Source: Halorarum halobium
GTDB taxonomy: Archaea > Halobacteriota > Halobacteria > Halobacteriales > Haloferacaceae
Assembly: GCF_032116555.1 (NCBI RefSeq)
Contig: NZ_CP134949.1
Span: forward strand, 2,790,001 to 2,854,000
Reading direction: 5' to 3'
DNA length: 64,000 nucleotides
The notes beneath the pieces were generated by a model that worked only from the letters and a program-made list of their open reading frames with translations, ran no database searches and was not told where the DNA came from. The position numbers and the translations under genes were made by a program. Of this stretch, positions 50,102 to 60,044 are shown one piece after another; positions within the stretch are counted from its first letter, which is position 1; every line of letters starts with the position of its first letter.

Positions 50102-51180
50102 TGGTCGAACTCCTGCTCGTCGTCGGCGTCCTCGTCGCGATGTTCGTCGCGTACAACATCGGCGGCTCGACGACGGGCCCGGCGTTCGGACCGGCCGTCG
50201 GCGCGGGCGCCATCTCGAAGACGGTCGCGGCGGCGCTGATGGGCGTGTTCTTCTTCGTCGGCGCCTGGACCATCGGCCGGAACGTCGTGACGAAGCTCGG
50301 AACGGAACTGGTCGTCGACCCCGGCGTGTTCACGCTCGAGTCGTCCATCGCGGTCCTCTTTTTCATCGGCGTCGCGCTCCTCGTCGGGAACGTCTTCGGC
50401 GTGCCCGCCTCGACCTCGATGACCGCCGTCGGGGCGATCGCGGGGCTGGGACTTGCCGGTGGCGTGCTGGACTTTGCCGTCATGGGCGAGATCCTCACCT
50501 GGTGGGTCGTCTCGCCGATCATCGGCTTCTGGGTGTCGCTGATCATCGGCCGGTACTTCTACGCGCGGCTCAACCGCGTGGTCGCGATGGAGCGCAGCGA
50601 GGGGTCGCTGTTCGACGTCGATCGCTCGGGCGCGGTGCCGATCCCGCGCGTCCATCGGACGACCAACCGCCGGGAGCTGGCCGGGACGATCACCGTCGTC
50701 GCCATCGGCTGTCTGATGGCGTTCAGCTCCGGGACATCGAACATCGCCAACGCGGTCGCGCCGCTAGTCGGGAGCGGGGAACTGGCGATGAACCCGGCGA
50801 TCGTGTTCGGCGGCGTCGCCGTGACGATCGGCGCGTTCACGATCGCTCGCCGGACCCTGGAGACAATGGGGAGCGACATCACGGAACTGCCGCTGACGGC
50901 CGCGATCGTCGTCGCGACGGTCAGCTCCGCACTCGTCGTCTTCCTCTCGGCGCTCGGCATCCCCGCGAGCTTCGTCGTCATCGCGACGATGTCGATCATC
51001 GGGCTCGGCTGGGGCCGGGCGACCCGACCGAGGACCGCCTCCTCGGACGTCCCCACTGCGACGGACCTGTTCAACCCCGCGACGACCGTCCGGATCGTCC
51101 TGATGCAGAACGTCGTGCCGGCGATCGCGACGCTGGGCGCGTATCTCACCTTCCGGTTCGTCCCGGCGTTCGGGTTCTGA
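50101..51180 (+). CDS. PiT-family inorganic phosphate/anion transporter
   Basis: YNIGG..GPAFGPAVG, GVPASTS, GTSNIANAVAP, LGIPAS. Confidence 0.85.
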   Translation: MVELLLVVGVLVAMFVAYNIGGSTTGPAFGPAVGAGAISKTVAAALMGVFFFVGAWTIGRNVVTKLGTELVVDPGVFTLESSIAVLFFIGVALLVGNVFGVPASTSMTAVGAIAGLGLAGGVLDFAVMGEILTWWVVSPIIGFWVSLIIGRYFYARLNRVVAMERSEGSLFDVDRSGAVPIPRVHRTTNRRELAGTITVVAIGCLMAFSSGTSNIANAVAPLVGSGELAMNPAIVFGGVAVTIGAFTIARRTLETMGSDITELPLTAAIVVATVSSALVVFLSALGIPASFVVIATMSIIGLGWGRATRPRTASSDVPTATDLFNPATTVRIVLMQNVVPAIATLGAYLTFRFVPAFGF

Positions 51181-51306
51181 GTGGTCGCTCTGAGCGGGGC
51201 CTCGCCGACCCCCACACCCACAGTCGTGAACCCCGTCCACCCCGTGCGAACGGACCCCGAACCCGCGAACCGGTAGCCCTTTCGCCACCCGTCGGCGAGA
51301 CGAACC

Positions 51307-52290
51307 ATGCGCGTTCCGTGCGTCAGGGTGCCCGTCGAGGCGGGCGAGGCGACCCGCACGCTGCTGGCCGACGCCGGCCTGCTCGACGGCGACCGCGAGA
51401 TCTCGGTCGAGGACGGCGACATCTTCGTTCCCGTCACCGACGCCGAGGCGGTGCCCGACGAGTACGACGTGGTCGAGCGGGAGGCCGCCGAGCGCACGGG
51501 ACAGGTGACGCCCGCCGACGTCCTCGGCTACGAGCCCTCGTACGAGCGCCTGGGCGACGTCGCCATCGTCGACGTCGACGACCCCGAGGAGGCCAGGCGC
51601 GTCGCCGAGGCGATCATGGAGGCCGACTTCCCGTGCGAGACGGTCGTGAACCGCGCCTCGAAGGTGCGGGGCGAGTATCGCGTCCGCGACTGGGAGGTGC
51701 TCGCGGGCGACGGGACGGAGACGGTCCACCGCGAGTACGGCCACGAGTTCCTGCTCGACATCGCCGAGGTGTACTTCTCGCCCCGGCTCGCCACCGAGCG
51801 CCACCGCGTGATCGAGCAGGTCGCGGCCGGCGAGCACGCCGTCGACATGTTCGCGGGCGTCGGCCCGTTCGCCGTGCCGATGGCCGCCCGCGGTGCCGAT
51901 GTCGTCGCCTGCGACGTGAATCCGCGCGCGATCGAGTATCTCAGAGAGAACGCCCGACGAAACGGCGTTTCGGAGCAGGTCACCGCGATCGAGGGCGACG
52001 TGCGGGAGGCGGCGGGCGAGTACGAGGGCTGGGCCGATCGCGTGGTGGCGAACCTCCCCCACTCGGCGAGCGACTTCCTCGACACGGCGGTCGCTCTGGC
52101 GGGCGAGGACTGCGTCCTCCACCTCTACGACATCCAGCACGAGGACGACCCGTTCGGCCCCGGCGAGCGCGCGGTCCGCGATGCCGCCGGCGACGAGTAC
52201 GAGGTGCGCGTGGAGACGCGACGGGAGGTCCGGTCGTACGCCCCCCACGAGCTGAACGTCTGTCTGGACGTCCGTCTCTCGCGGGTGTGA
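51307..52290 (+). CDS. Trm5/TYW2-family tRNA methyltransferase
   Basis: ETVHREYG, VYFSPRLATER, DMFAGVGPF, DRVVANLP. Confidence 0.88.
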   Translation: MRVPCVRVPVEAGEATRTLLADAGLLDGDREISVEDGDIFVPVTDAEAVPDEYDVVEREAAERTGQVTPADVLGYEPSYERLGDVAIVDVDDPEEARRVAEAIMEADFPCETVVNRASKVRGEYRVRDWEVLAGDGTETVHREYGHEFLLDIAEVYFSPRLATERHRVIEQVAAGEHAVDMFAGVGPFAVPMAARGADVVACDVNPRAIEYLRENARRNGVSEQVTAIEGDVREAAGEYEGWADRVVANLPHSASDFLDTAVALAGEDCVLHLYDIQHEDDPFGPGERAVRDAAGDEYEVRVETRREVRSYAPHELNVCLDVRLSRV

Positions 52291-52357
52291 ACCCGGGTCA
52301 CGGCGCCCCGGTTTCGGAATCCTTATTTCCGTCATGCCGGTATCACCGTATGCGAGC

Positions 52358-52430
52358 GCCGGTGTAGCTCAGCTGGCAGAGCGATTCCTTCGTAAGGAAT
52401 AGGCCGAGGGTTCAAATCCCTCCATCGGCT
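52358..52430 (+). tRNA. tRNA-Thr(CGT)
   Basis: Acceptor GCCGGTG/CATCGGC, D-arm GCTC/GAGC, anticodon stem ATTCC-TTCGTAA-GGAAT, T-loop TTCAAAT; no encoded CCA; TTATTT about 30 bp upstream and a T-run downstream. Confidence 0.95.
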
Positions 52431-52605
52431 TTTCCACGTCGCTTTTCCGGGGGAGGTGCCCGTTTGCCTCTCGGTGTTCACGCCCGTTTTTCGATGAAAT
52501 CCGGTAGAGGGATTTGAACGGTAAGAGGGGAGGGCCGAAGGAGTGCAGGGTCCGCGCTACCGTCTCGACGCCGCGAATCCGTCAGGAGGGCCGAACCGTC
52601 AGGGG

Positions 52606-53313
52606 TTACTCCTCGAGCGTCACCGAGAACTCGCCGGCCGGCTCGACGGAGAGCCAGCCGACGTCACCCGGGATGGAAACGTCCGTCGTCGTCTCGACCG
52701 CCTCGGTCCCGTACACCGAGAGGGCGGCGATCGCACCCGAGGCGTCACGGACCGCGACGGTGTTGGTGCCACCGCCCGCCGCCGTCACCGACAGCGTCCG
52801 CGCGGCAGAGAAGTCGATCGGCCCGTCGACGGCCGGGGTGGTTCCCTCGAACGCGACGGGCCACTGGGTCTGGACCTCACCCAGCGCGTAGCGGGGCTGC
52901 TGGACGACCTCGGCGGACCACTGGCCCGCCGCGCCGGCGGTGAGCGTGCACTCACCCGGCGAGAGCGCGAGCGCGTACGTGCCGGTCCACGCCGCGTCGT
53001 GCTCCCGGCGCAGGTCGAGCTGGGTCCCGTCTGCGTCCGCGATCGTCACGGCGAAGCGCCCCGCGCTCTCGTGTCCGAGCCGGAGCACCGTCGGCCCCTC
53101 GCGTTCGACCCGGAACTCCTTCGTGACGTCCGCGCCCGCCCCCGAGAACGACGTCTCGACGGGCCCGGACCCGTCCGGCGTCGACCCGGGCGTCGACCCC
53201 GGCGTGCCGGTAGGCCGGCCGGACTGGTTCGATGACGCGGTAACGCTTCCCATACCGCCGACGATACTCGTCAGGGCTGCACCGCCTGTCAGAAGGTACT
53301 GGCGTCGGTCCAC
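52606..53313 (-). CDS. putative Tat-exported protein, paralog A
   Basis: MDRRQYLLTGG signal; alignable by eye with 53751-54470. Confidence 0.75.
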   Translation of the reverse strand: MDRRQYLLTGGAALTSIVGGMGSVTASSNQSGRPTGTPGSTPGSTPDGSGPVETSFSGAGADVTKEFRVEREGPTVLRLGHESAGRFAVTIADADGTQLDLRREHDAAWTGTYALALSPGECTLTAGAAGQWSAEVVQQPRYALGEVQTQWPVAFEGTTPAVDGPIDFSAARTLSVTAAGGGTNTVAVRDASGAIAALSVYGTEAVETTTDVSIPGDVGWLSVEPAGEFSVTLEE

Positions 53314-53750
53314 ACGTGGGACCAGTACGCGTCCGATAAAATCCGTATCGCCGGCTTGGGGACTGGTAACCGCGTTCTACTTCCCCGCTTGTGACCAGTT
53401 TTCCGGACGAGGTGACCCGAGCCCGTCCGCGCCGGGCGTGCCCGACGACTCGCCGACGCGTCCCCCGTGGCAGGTCGTACGACCCCGTTACCGAACTGAT
53501 GACCCCGATATCGAACCGGTAACGCCGGCGTTCCGGGGCGCGCCGGCCGCGGTCCGGTCGGGACGGCGATCCGGGTCAAGCTCTCGTCGACACGCTCGCT
53601 CGACCGCCCGGTTCAGGACGTCGGTAGAGGGGCCGTACTCCCCATGTGCGCTGGGACGCCACGAGCGGTCGGCGTCGCCCACGACCGCCCGACGTCAGGG
53701 CGAGCATCCGCGCGCGTCACCGCCGACGATCCGGCTCGTTCCGGCGTCGG

Positions 53751-54470
53751 TCACTCGACCGAGAGCGTGTAGGACCCGCCGTCGGTGTCGACCGAGAGCC
53801 AGCCGACGTCCTGGGCGATCGAAATTTCGATGCTCGTCTCGACGGGCGACGTCTCGTTCACGAGCACGCTCAGCCGCTCGCCGGAGGCGTCATGGAGGAT
53901 GAGGACGTTGTGATCCTCGCCGTCGGACGTGAACGAGAGCGTCCGGGGCGCGGAGAAGTCGATCGGCCCGTACAGCTGCGGGGACGAGCCCTCGAACTCG
54001 ACCGGCGGCGTCGTCCCGACGTCCGCGAGCTCGTACAGCGGCTGCTGGACCAGGGTGATCGACCAGCTCCCGCCGGCCTGAACCCGGAGTTCGTACGCGC
54101 CCGGCTCGATGTCGTACGCCAGTTCGCCCGACCACGGGCCGGTGTAGTTCACGGTTCGCTCGATCCGCGTGCCGTCGGCGTCGACGACGTCGACGACGAA
54201 GCTCCCCGACCCGCCGTGGCGCATGTCGAAGACGATGGGGCCGCGGCGTTCGATCCGCACGTCGAGGCCGACGGTCGCGCCGGTGCCCGAGTAGCTGGTC
54301 TCGATCGGCTCCGTCCCGTCGGGGCCTCCGTCCTGCCGGCGACTCACCGGCGGTCGTCCGTGGCTGCCCTCGGTCGGTCGAGCGGTGGCGGCGGCCGTCG
54401 CCGCCCCGACACCGCCGAGAAGCCCCGAGACGACGGCACCGCCGGTCAGGAGACACTGGCGTCGATCCAT
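53751..54470 (-). CDS. putative Tat-exported protein, paralog B
   Basis: ATG at 54470, MDRRQCLLTGG; shares QQP.Y.L, GPIDFSA.RTLS and TSIEISI..DVGWLSV-like blocks with paralog A. Confidence 0.75.
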   Translation of the reverse strand: MDRRQCLLTGGAVVSGLLGGVGAATAAATARPTEGSHGRPPVSRRQDGGPDGTEPIETSYSGTGATVGLDVRIERRGPIVFDMRHGGSGSFVVDVVDADGTRIERTVNYTGPWSGELAYDIEPGAYELRVQAGGSWSITLVQQPLYELADVGTTPPVEFEGSSPQLYGPIDFSAPRTLSFTSDGEDHNVLILHDASGERLSVLVNETSPVETSIEISIAQDVGWLSVDTDGGSYTLSVE

Positions 54471-54842
54471 GGGGCATGGCTCTCGTGGCCAGGCAAATCG
54501 CTGCCGCCGGGTTGGTGACTGGTCGGTCCGGACTGCGTTCACCCTGTCGACCAGTTTCCCGCAAGAACGGCCATCGGATCGACCGGCTACGGACACGTCG
54601 GTACCGACGGCGGAGGGATGCTCGCCGGCCGTGCGTACGTTCGTCGTTCGATGCGTGCCAACGTGCCCGGCGGTGAGACGACCAGTCGGCGTCCGGCGTC
54701 GAGAGCCGACGGCTCGACGTCCGCCGATCCGGCGTCCGCCGGTGAGCCGACGGCTCGACGGCAGCCGGCGAGGATTCACACGACGGTACGGGAGCCATAA
54801 CAAGGGAGGCGACCGGCGTGGGGTCCCCTACGCGGATCACGC

Positions 54843-55934
54843 ATGGAGGGAAACACGATCCGGTGGTATCGAGCCGACGATCGGGAGCGGTATCTCGACC
54901 TGCACGAGGACGTGCTGGGGGAGCGACCGCGGGGGGAGGACTGGTTCGAGTGGAAGTACGAGTCGAACCCCTACGTGGATCACGTCCCGATCGTCCTCGC
55001 GGAGCACGAGGGCGAGCTCGTCGGGGCCCGCTCGTTCTTCGCCCTCCCGATGTCGGTCGGCCGCCGGCGGCACGCCGCGCTGCAGCCGTGCGACACGATG
55101 GTCCGGCGGGCCCACCGGCGCCGGGGACTGTTCACCCGCATGACCGAGGAGGCGATCGACCGGTACGAGCGCGAGGAGCCGGCGTTCTTCTTCAACTTCC
55201 CGAACGAGGCGACCCTCTCGGGCAACCGGAAGCTCGGCTGGCGAGTCGTCGGGCAGGACCCCCGACACTACCGCATCGAGGACGTCGGGACGCTCGTCGC
55301 GTCCAGGACCGACAACCCGGGACTCCGGCTGGCTGGAGCCGTCTCGACGCCCGTCGTCGCCGGCTACAACCGGCTCCGGCAGGCGATGGCGTCGAGGTCG
55401 TCCGACGTGTCGGTGCGGCGGGCGTCGGGCGTGCCTGCCGACGCGCTCGCGTCGATCTACCGACGGCGAGTGCCGGAGGCGATCCACACCGTCCGGGACC
55501 GACCGTTCTATCGGTGGCGCTTCGAGAACCCCGACTGGGCGTACACGACGTACGTGACCGAGGGCGACCCCGACCCGGTCGGGATGGTCGTCGCCGTCCC
55601 GCGAAACGGGGCCGGCGTGAGCGAGGGCGTGACCCGGGTCGTCGACGTGGTCCCGCTCCGTGGCGACGAGCGGACCGAGCAAGTCGCCGCGCTGCTCGAT
55701 CGGGTCCAGTCGGACAACGCGGACTCGGAACTGTTCGTCGCCCCCTCGGGCGTGCTGGATCGGACGCTCCTCCGGCGGTTCGGGTTCCGCCGCGACGACC
55801 GCGCACCCGTCTCGTACCTGAAGCAGCCGCGGATGCACGCCGTCCGGTCGCTGTCGGCCTGGGAGATCGAGGGGCTGGACGTGACGCGACCGGAGAACTG
55901 GCGGATGACGTTCGCGGAGCTCGACACCGGGTAG
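54843..55934 (+). CDS. GNAT-family N-acetyltransferase
   Basis: WFEWKYESNPY, DTMVRRAHRRRGLF, FNFPN, KLGW. Confidence 0.85.
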   Translation: MEGNTIRWYRADDRERYLDLHEDVLGERPRGEDWFEWKYESNPYVDHVPIVLAEHEGELVGARSFFALPMSVGRRRHAALQPCDTMVRRAHRRRGLFTRMTEEAIDRYEREEPAFFFNFPNEATLSGNRKLGWRVVGQDPRHYRIEDVGTLVASRTDNPGLRLAGAVSTPVVAGYNRLRQAMASRSSDVSVRRASGVPADALASIYRRRVPEAIHTVRDRPFYRWRFENPDWAYTTYVTEGDPDPVGMVVAVPRNGAGVSEGVTRVVDVVPLRGDERTEQVAALLDRVQSDNADSELFVAPSGVLDRTLLRRFGFRRDDRAPVSYLKQPRMHAVRSLSAWEIEGLDVTRPENWRMTFAELDTG

Positions 55935-56059
55935 GGACGGGAAGACACCCGATGTGGACCCCGAGCCGCTCGGTCGTCCCGGGATAGCCGGACGTTACGC
56001 GAGGTAACGGGATCGATAACAATGCGGTTGGTCCGGGCAGTGCCACCACGAACGACACC

Positions 56060-57670
56060 ATGACTGACGACAACGGTTCCGACGGCTCGACGCGCGCGTT
56101 CGTCCTCGGGCTCGACGGCGTCCCGTGGGGGATGCTCCGAAAGTGGGCCGAACGGGGCGACCTCCCCGCGTTCGCCGAACTGCTGGAGACCGGGGCGGCA
56201 GGCCCCCTGGAGAGCACGACGCCCGCGACGACCCCGCTCGCGTGGCCCTCCATCGCGACCGGGACCAACGCGGACAAACACGGAATCTACGGGTTCCAGA
56301 AGCTCTCCCGGGACGGGACCCACCGGATGTACTCCAGCGACGACCTCCGCCAGCCCGCGCTGTGGGAGCGGCTCTCCCCGTCGATGGTCGGCAACGTGCC
56401 GATGACCTACCCCGCCCCCGAGATCGACGGCACCCTCGCGGCCGGGATGATGGCCCCGGGCGTCAACGACCGCTGGGGCCATCCCGACTCGTTCCTGGAG
56501 CGGGTCCGCGAGGAGATCCCCGAGTACCGGATCGGCCTCGAGTGGGAGCAGTACGGCGACCGGCCCGAGGAGTTCCGGGCGGAGCTCGCCGACCTGCTGG
56601 CCGCCCGACGGAAGCTGATGCGGCTCCAGATGGAGCGGGAGGACTGGCGGCTGTTCTTCTTCGTGTACACGGCCCCCGACCGCCTCCAGCACCTCGTCTG
56701 GGACGAGGACGTGCTGCTCGACCACTACGAACAGCTCGACGACATCCTCGGCGAGGTGATGGCGTACGCCGACCGGTTCGACGCGGCACTGTACGTCGTC
56801 TCAGATCACGGGTTCGGTCCCGTCGAGCAGTTCGTCTCCGTGCCGCTGATCCTCGAACGCGCCGGCCTGCTCGCCCGTCGTCGGGACTCGGGCAGTCGCG
56901 GGCGACTCGCCCGGCTCGGCGTCACCAAGGACGCCGTCCGGTCGTGGCTCGACCGCGTCGGCATCGAGGACCGCACGCTCGTGGACCACCTCCCCGAGTC
57001 GTTCGTCGATCGGGTGGCCCAGGAGATTCCCGGCGACCACGCGCTGTACGACATCGACCGAACCCGGACCGACGCGTTCGTCCACGGCCCCGGCAACGTG
57101 TACGTCAACGCGGCCGAGCGGTTCACCGACGGGCGGGTGGAGCCGGGCGACGTGGCGTCGGTCAAACGCGAGGTCGCGGAGCTGCTCGCGGACGTGCGTG
57201 ACCCGAAGACCGGCGAGCGGGCGCTGGTCGTCCACGACGGCGCGGAGCTGTTCCCCACCGACGAGCGGTCGCCCGACCTCGTCGTCAAGGGCCGGCCGGG
57301 CTACGAGTCCGCGACGTCGTTCAACGACGACGTGTTCGTCGACAGCGACGCCAAGGCGGCGAACCACCGCTCCGAGGGCGTCTTCTTCGCCCGGGGACCC
57401 GAGTTCGAGCCCGGCGGCGCGCCGACCGACGCGTCGGTCGTCGACGTCGCGCCGACGCTCCTGCACGCGCTCGGCGAGCCGGTGCCGGCCGAGATGGACG
57501 GCCGCGTCCTCACGGAGACGTTCGCCGACGGCTCCGGGCCCGCGGAACGGGCCGTCCGGATCGACGACGAGGACGACGCCACCCGACGGTCCCGCAGGGA
57601 GGAATCCACGGACGAGGAGGCGCGCGACGGCGTCGAGGACCGGCTGCGGGGGCTCGGATACATCGACTGA
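56060..57670 (+). CDS. alkaline phosphatase superfamily (NPP-type) protein
   Basis: VLGLDG, TTPLAWPSIATG, DRLQH, VSDHGF, DVAPTLL, LRGLGY. Confidence 0.88.
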   Translation: MTDDNGSDGSTRAFVLGLDGVPWGMLRKWAERGDLPAFAELLETGAAGPLESTTPATTPLAWPSIATGTNADKHGIYGFQKLSRDGTHRMYSSDDLRQPALWERLSPSMVGNVPMTYPAPEIDGTLAAGMMAPGVNDRWGHPDSFLERVREEIPEYRIGLEWEQYGDRPEEFRAELADLLAARRKLMRLQMEREDWRLFFFVYTAPDRLQHLVWDEDVLLDHYEQLDDILGEVMAYADRFDAALYVVSDHGFGPVEQFVSVPLILERAGLLARRRDSGSRGRLARLGVTKDAVRSWLDRVGIEDRTLVDHLPESFVDRVAQEIPGDHALYDIDRTRTDAFVHGPGNVYVNAAERFTDGRVEPGDVASVKREVAELLADVRDPKTGERALVVHDGAELFPTDERSPDLVVKGRPGYESATSFNDDVFVDSDAKAANHRSEGVFFARGPEFEPGGAPTDASVVDVAPTLLHALGEPVPAEMDGRVLTETFADGSGPAERAVRIDDEDDATRRSRREESTDEEARDGVEDRLRGLGYID

Positions 57671-57718
57671 GCGGAATCTTCTCCCCGCCGACTTCCTCCC
57701 GAGAAGTCGTGACGCGCG

Positions 57719-59221
57719 CTACCGACCGGGGTCGGCGCGTTCGAGGCCGACGCGCTCGAGGTCGACGTGGGTCCGGATCAGTTCCGCGGCGGCGTCGAAC
57801 GGCGCGTGCTCGTCGGCCGACCGCGTCGGGCGGTCCGTCCCGGCCGCCGCGAACGCCGCGTCGAGGAACGCGTCGCGGGCGATCCGGTTCTCGAACAGCC
57901 CGTGGAGGTACGTGCCGAGGGCGCGCTCGGTCGCCGCGCTTCCCGGGCCGAGCGGCCGGTCCACGTCGCCGACCGGGATCGACTCGCCCATGTGGATCTC
58001 GTAGCCCGTCACCGTCCCGCGCGCGCCGGCGAGCGGGCCGCTCCCGTCGAGTTCGCGGGTCACCGCCTCGACCCGTTTGTCCGGGGAGAACCGGGTCTCG
58101 ACCGGGAGGAGTCCGAATCCCGCGAGGTCGTCCCGTCCGGTCGTCCCCTCGACGGCCGCGTTCGTGAGCCGCTCGCCGAGCAGCTGGTAGCCGCCACAGA
58201 GGCCGACGACCGGGCCCTCGAACGCCGCGAGCGCGTCGCCGAATCCGGCCTCACGGAGCGCGAGCAGGTCGTCGACGGTGTTTTTCGTCCCCGGGAGCAC
58301 CAGCGCGTCGGCCCCCGAGAGGTCGTCGTCGAGCGGGACGTAGGCGACGCGGACGCCTGGTTCCCGCGCCAGCGGTTCGAGGTCCGTGAAGTTCGAGACG
58401 CGGGGGAGCCGGGGGACCGCGACCGTCACCGCTCGGTCGGCGGCGACGCCGTCGTCCGCGCCCCGTACCGCGGTCCCTCCGGGGGCGGGCAGCGAGACGC
58501 TGTCCTCGGCCGGGAGTCCGGGGTCGTCGTACGGGAGGACGCCCACGACGGGGACGCCGGTCATCGACTCGAACTCCTCGATGCCGGGCGAGAGCAGGGA
58601 CACGTCGCCCCGGAACTTGTTGACGAGCGCGCCGACCACGCGCTCGCGGACGTCCCCGGGCAGGAGTTCGACCGTCCCGTAGAGGCTGGCGAACGCGCCG
58701 CCGCGCTCGATGTCGACCACCAGGAGCACGTCGGCGTCGGCGAACCTGGCGGTCTCGAGGTTCGCCAGGTCGCGGTCGTGGAGGTTGATCTCCGCGATGC
58801 TGCCGGCGCCCTCGGCGACGACGACGTCGTGCTCGGCCGCGAGGCGGTCGTGGGCGGCGGCCGCGGCACGACGCGCCCGCTCCCAGTGTTCGTCGTAGTA
58901 CGTCCCCGCCTCGTAGTGGCCGACCGCCTCGCCGTCGACGACGAGCTGGCTCTCCCGGTCGCCGCGGGGTTTGAGCAGCACCGGGTTCGTGTCGGTCGTC
59001 GGCGTGACCCGCGCGGCCCGGGCCTGGACGTACTGTGAGACGCCGATCTCGCCCCAGCCGCCCTCGGGGGTCGCGGCCGCCCGGGCGTTGTTGCTCATGT
59101 TCTGGGCCTTGAACGGCGCGACGGAGACGCCGCGGTCCGCGAGCAGCCGACAGAGGCCCGCGACGACGGTGCTCTTGCCGACGTGGCTCGCCGTCCCCGC
59201 GACGAGCAGCGTCCGCGTCAT
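57719..59221 (-). CDS. cbiP: cobyric acid synthase
   Basis: ATG at 59221; [42 protein letters not shown]. Confidence 0.95.
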   Translation of the reverse strand: MTRTLLVAGTASHVGKSTVVAGLCRLLADRGVSVAPFKAQNMSNNARAAATPEGGWGEIGVSQYVQARAARVTPTTDTNPVLLKPRGDRESQLVVDGEAVGHYEAGTYYDEHWERARRAAAAAHDRLAAEHDVVVAEGAGSIAEINLHDRDLANLETARFADADVLLVVDIERGGAFASLYGTVELLPGDVRERVVGALVNKFRGDVSLLSPGIEEFESMTGVPVVGVLPYDDPGLPAEDSVSLPAPGGTAVRGADDGVAADRAVTVAVPRLPRVSNFTDLEPLAREPGVRVAYVPLDDDLSGADALVLPGTKNTVDDLLALREAGFGDALAAFEGPVVGLCGGYQLLGERLTNAAVEGTTGRDDLAGFGLLPVETRFSPDKRVEAVTRELDGSGPLAGARGTVTGYEIHMGESIPVGDVDRPLGPGSAATERALGTYLHGLFENRIARDAFLDAAFAAAGTDRPTRSADEHAPFDAAAELIRTHVDLERVGLERADPGR

Positions 59222-59291
59222 CGGGCACCGACCCCCCGCCGGTGCTGGCGCCCCGCGGTCCGAGCGCGACCGCCGAACCGAGCGCCGCGAG

Positions 59292-60044
59292 TCACGGCGC
59301 GAACACCTCCGCACGTCGGCCGGTGACGACGCCGTACTCCGCGTCCGCGACCGAGCCGGGACGCGCCCGCTCGGCGTACCGCGACTGCAGGCTGGCCCGC
59401 ACCGCGTCGCGGACGCAGGCGCGCGCCGCCGCGCCGACCGCCGTCGCGCTCCCGGCGAACGGTTCGGGCTCGCCGTCCGCGTCGCTGCCGACGACGACGG
59501 CGTCGGTCGTCGTCCCCGGCACGCCGGCCTCGGCGAGCAGCGTCGCCGTCTTCGCCTCGACCGCGACGCCGAGCAGCGTCGCCAGCCCCGCGTCGTCCAG
59601 CCGCCGCGTCGTCCCGACGACGACGTTGACCGTGCCGACATCGGGCGGGTCCGACGATTTGGTCGAATCGGGCGAATCGGCCGGACCGGTCAAGTCGGCG
59701 GATTCTGGCGCACCGTCCCCGCCGTCGCCGGCCGGCTCCATCGGCAGCGCCGCCGGGTTCGACAGGCCCGCGGTCGCGTACGCGACGGCCGGGTCGAGCC
59801 GCGCGCCCCTCGCGTGTCGCTGTTCGACGCCGGTGAGCAGCGTCGGCCCCGCCGCCTCGAACCCGGCGCGCTCGCGTCGGTGCTCGATGTACGCGTCGAG
59901 GTCGGTCCGGTCCCACCCCTCGGGCACCGTGACGTTGTACGCGGCGTCGGCGTCCGCGAACCCGCCGTCCCAGCCCGTCGAGAGCCAGGTCGTCCCCGGC
60001 CGGGCGAGTCGCAACACGCCGTCCGCGAGGGCCGTCTCAAACAT
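59292..60044 (-). CDS. cbiZ: adenosylcobinamide amidohydrolase
   Basis: [30 protein letters not shown]; cob operon context. Confidence 0.88.
   Translation of the reverse strand: MFETALADGVLRLARPGTTWLSTGWDGGFADADAAYNVTVPEGWDRTDLDAYIEHRRERAGFEAAGPTLLTGVEQRHARGARLDPAVAYATAGLSNPAALPMEPAGDGGDGAPESADLTGPADSPDSTKSSDPPDVGTVNVVVGTTRRLDDAGLATLLGVAVEAKTATLLAEAGVPGTTTDAVVVGSDADGEPEPFAGSATAVGAAARACVRDAVRASLQSRYAERARPGSVADAEYGVVTGRRAEVFAP

Noticed and set aside
49836..52367. 843-aa plus-strand ORF
   Set aside because: Out-of-frame Arg-rich overlay of three supported genes.
54700..54762. Two copies of GAGCCGACGGCTCGACG
   Set aside because: Short and GC-rich, and a similar string occurs in coding sequence near 56080, so it is not separable from background.
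52431..57700. Integrated element or provirus at tRNA-Thr
   Set aside because: No integrase and no direct repeat of the tRNA 3' end were seen; only a short inverted copy.
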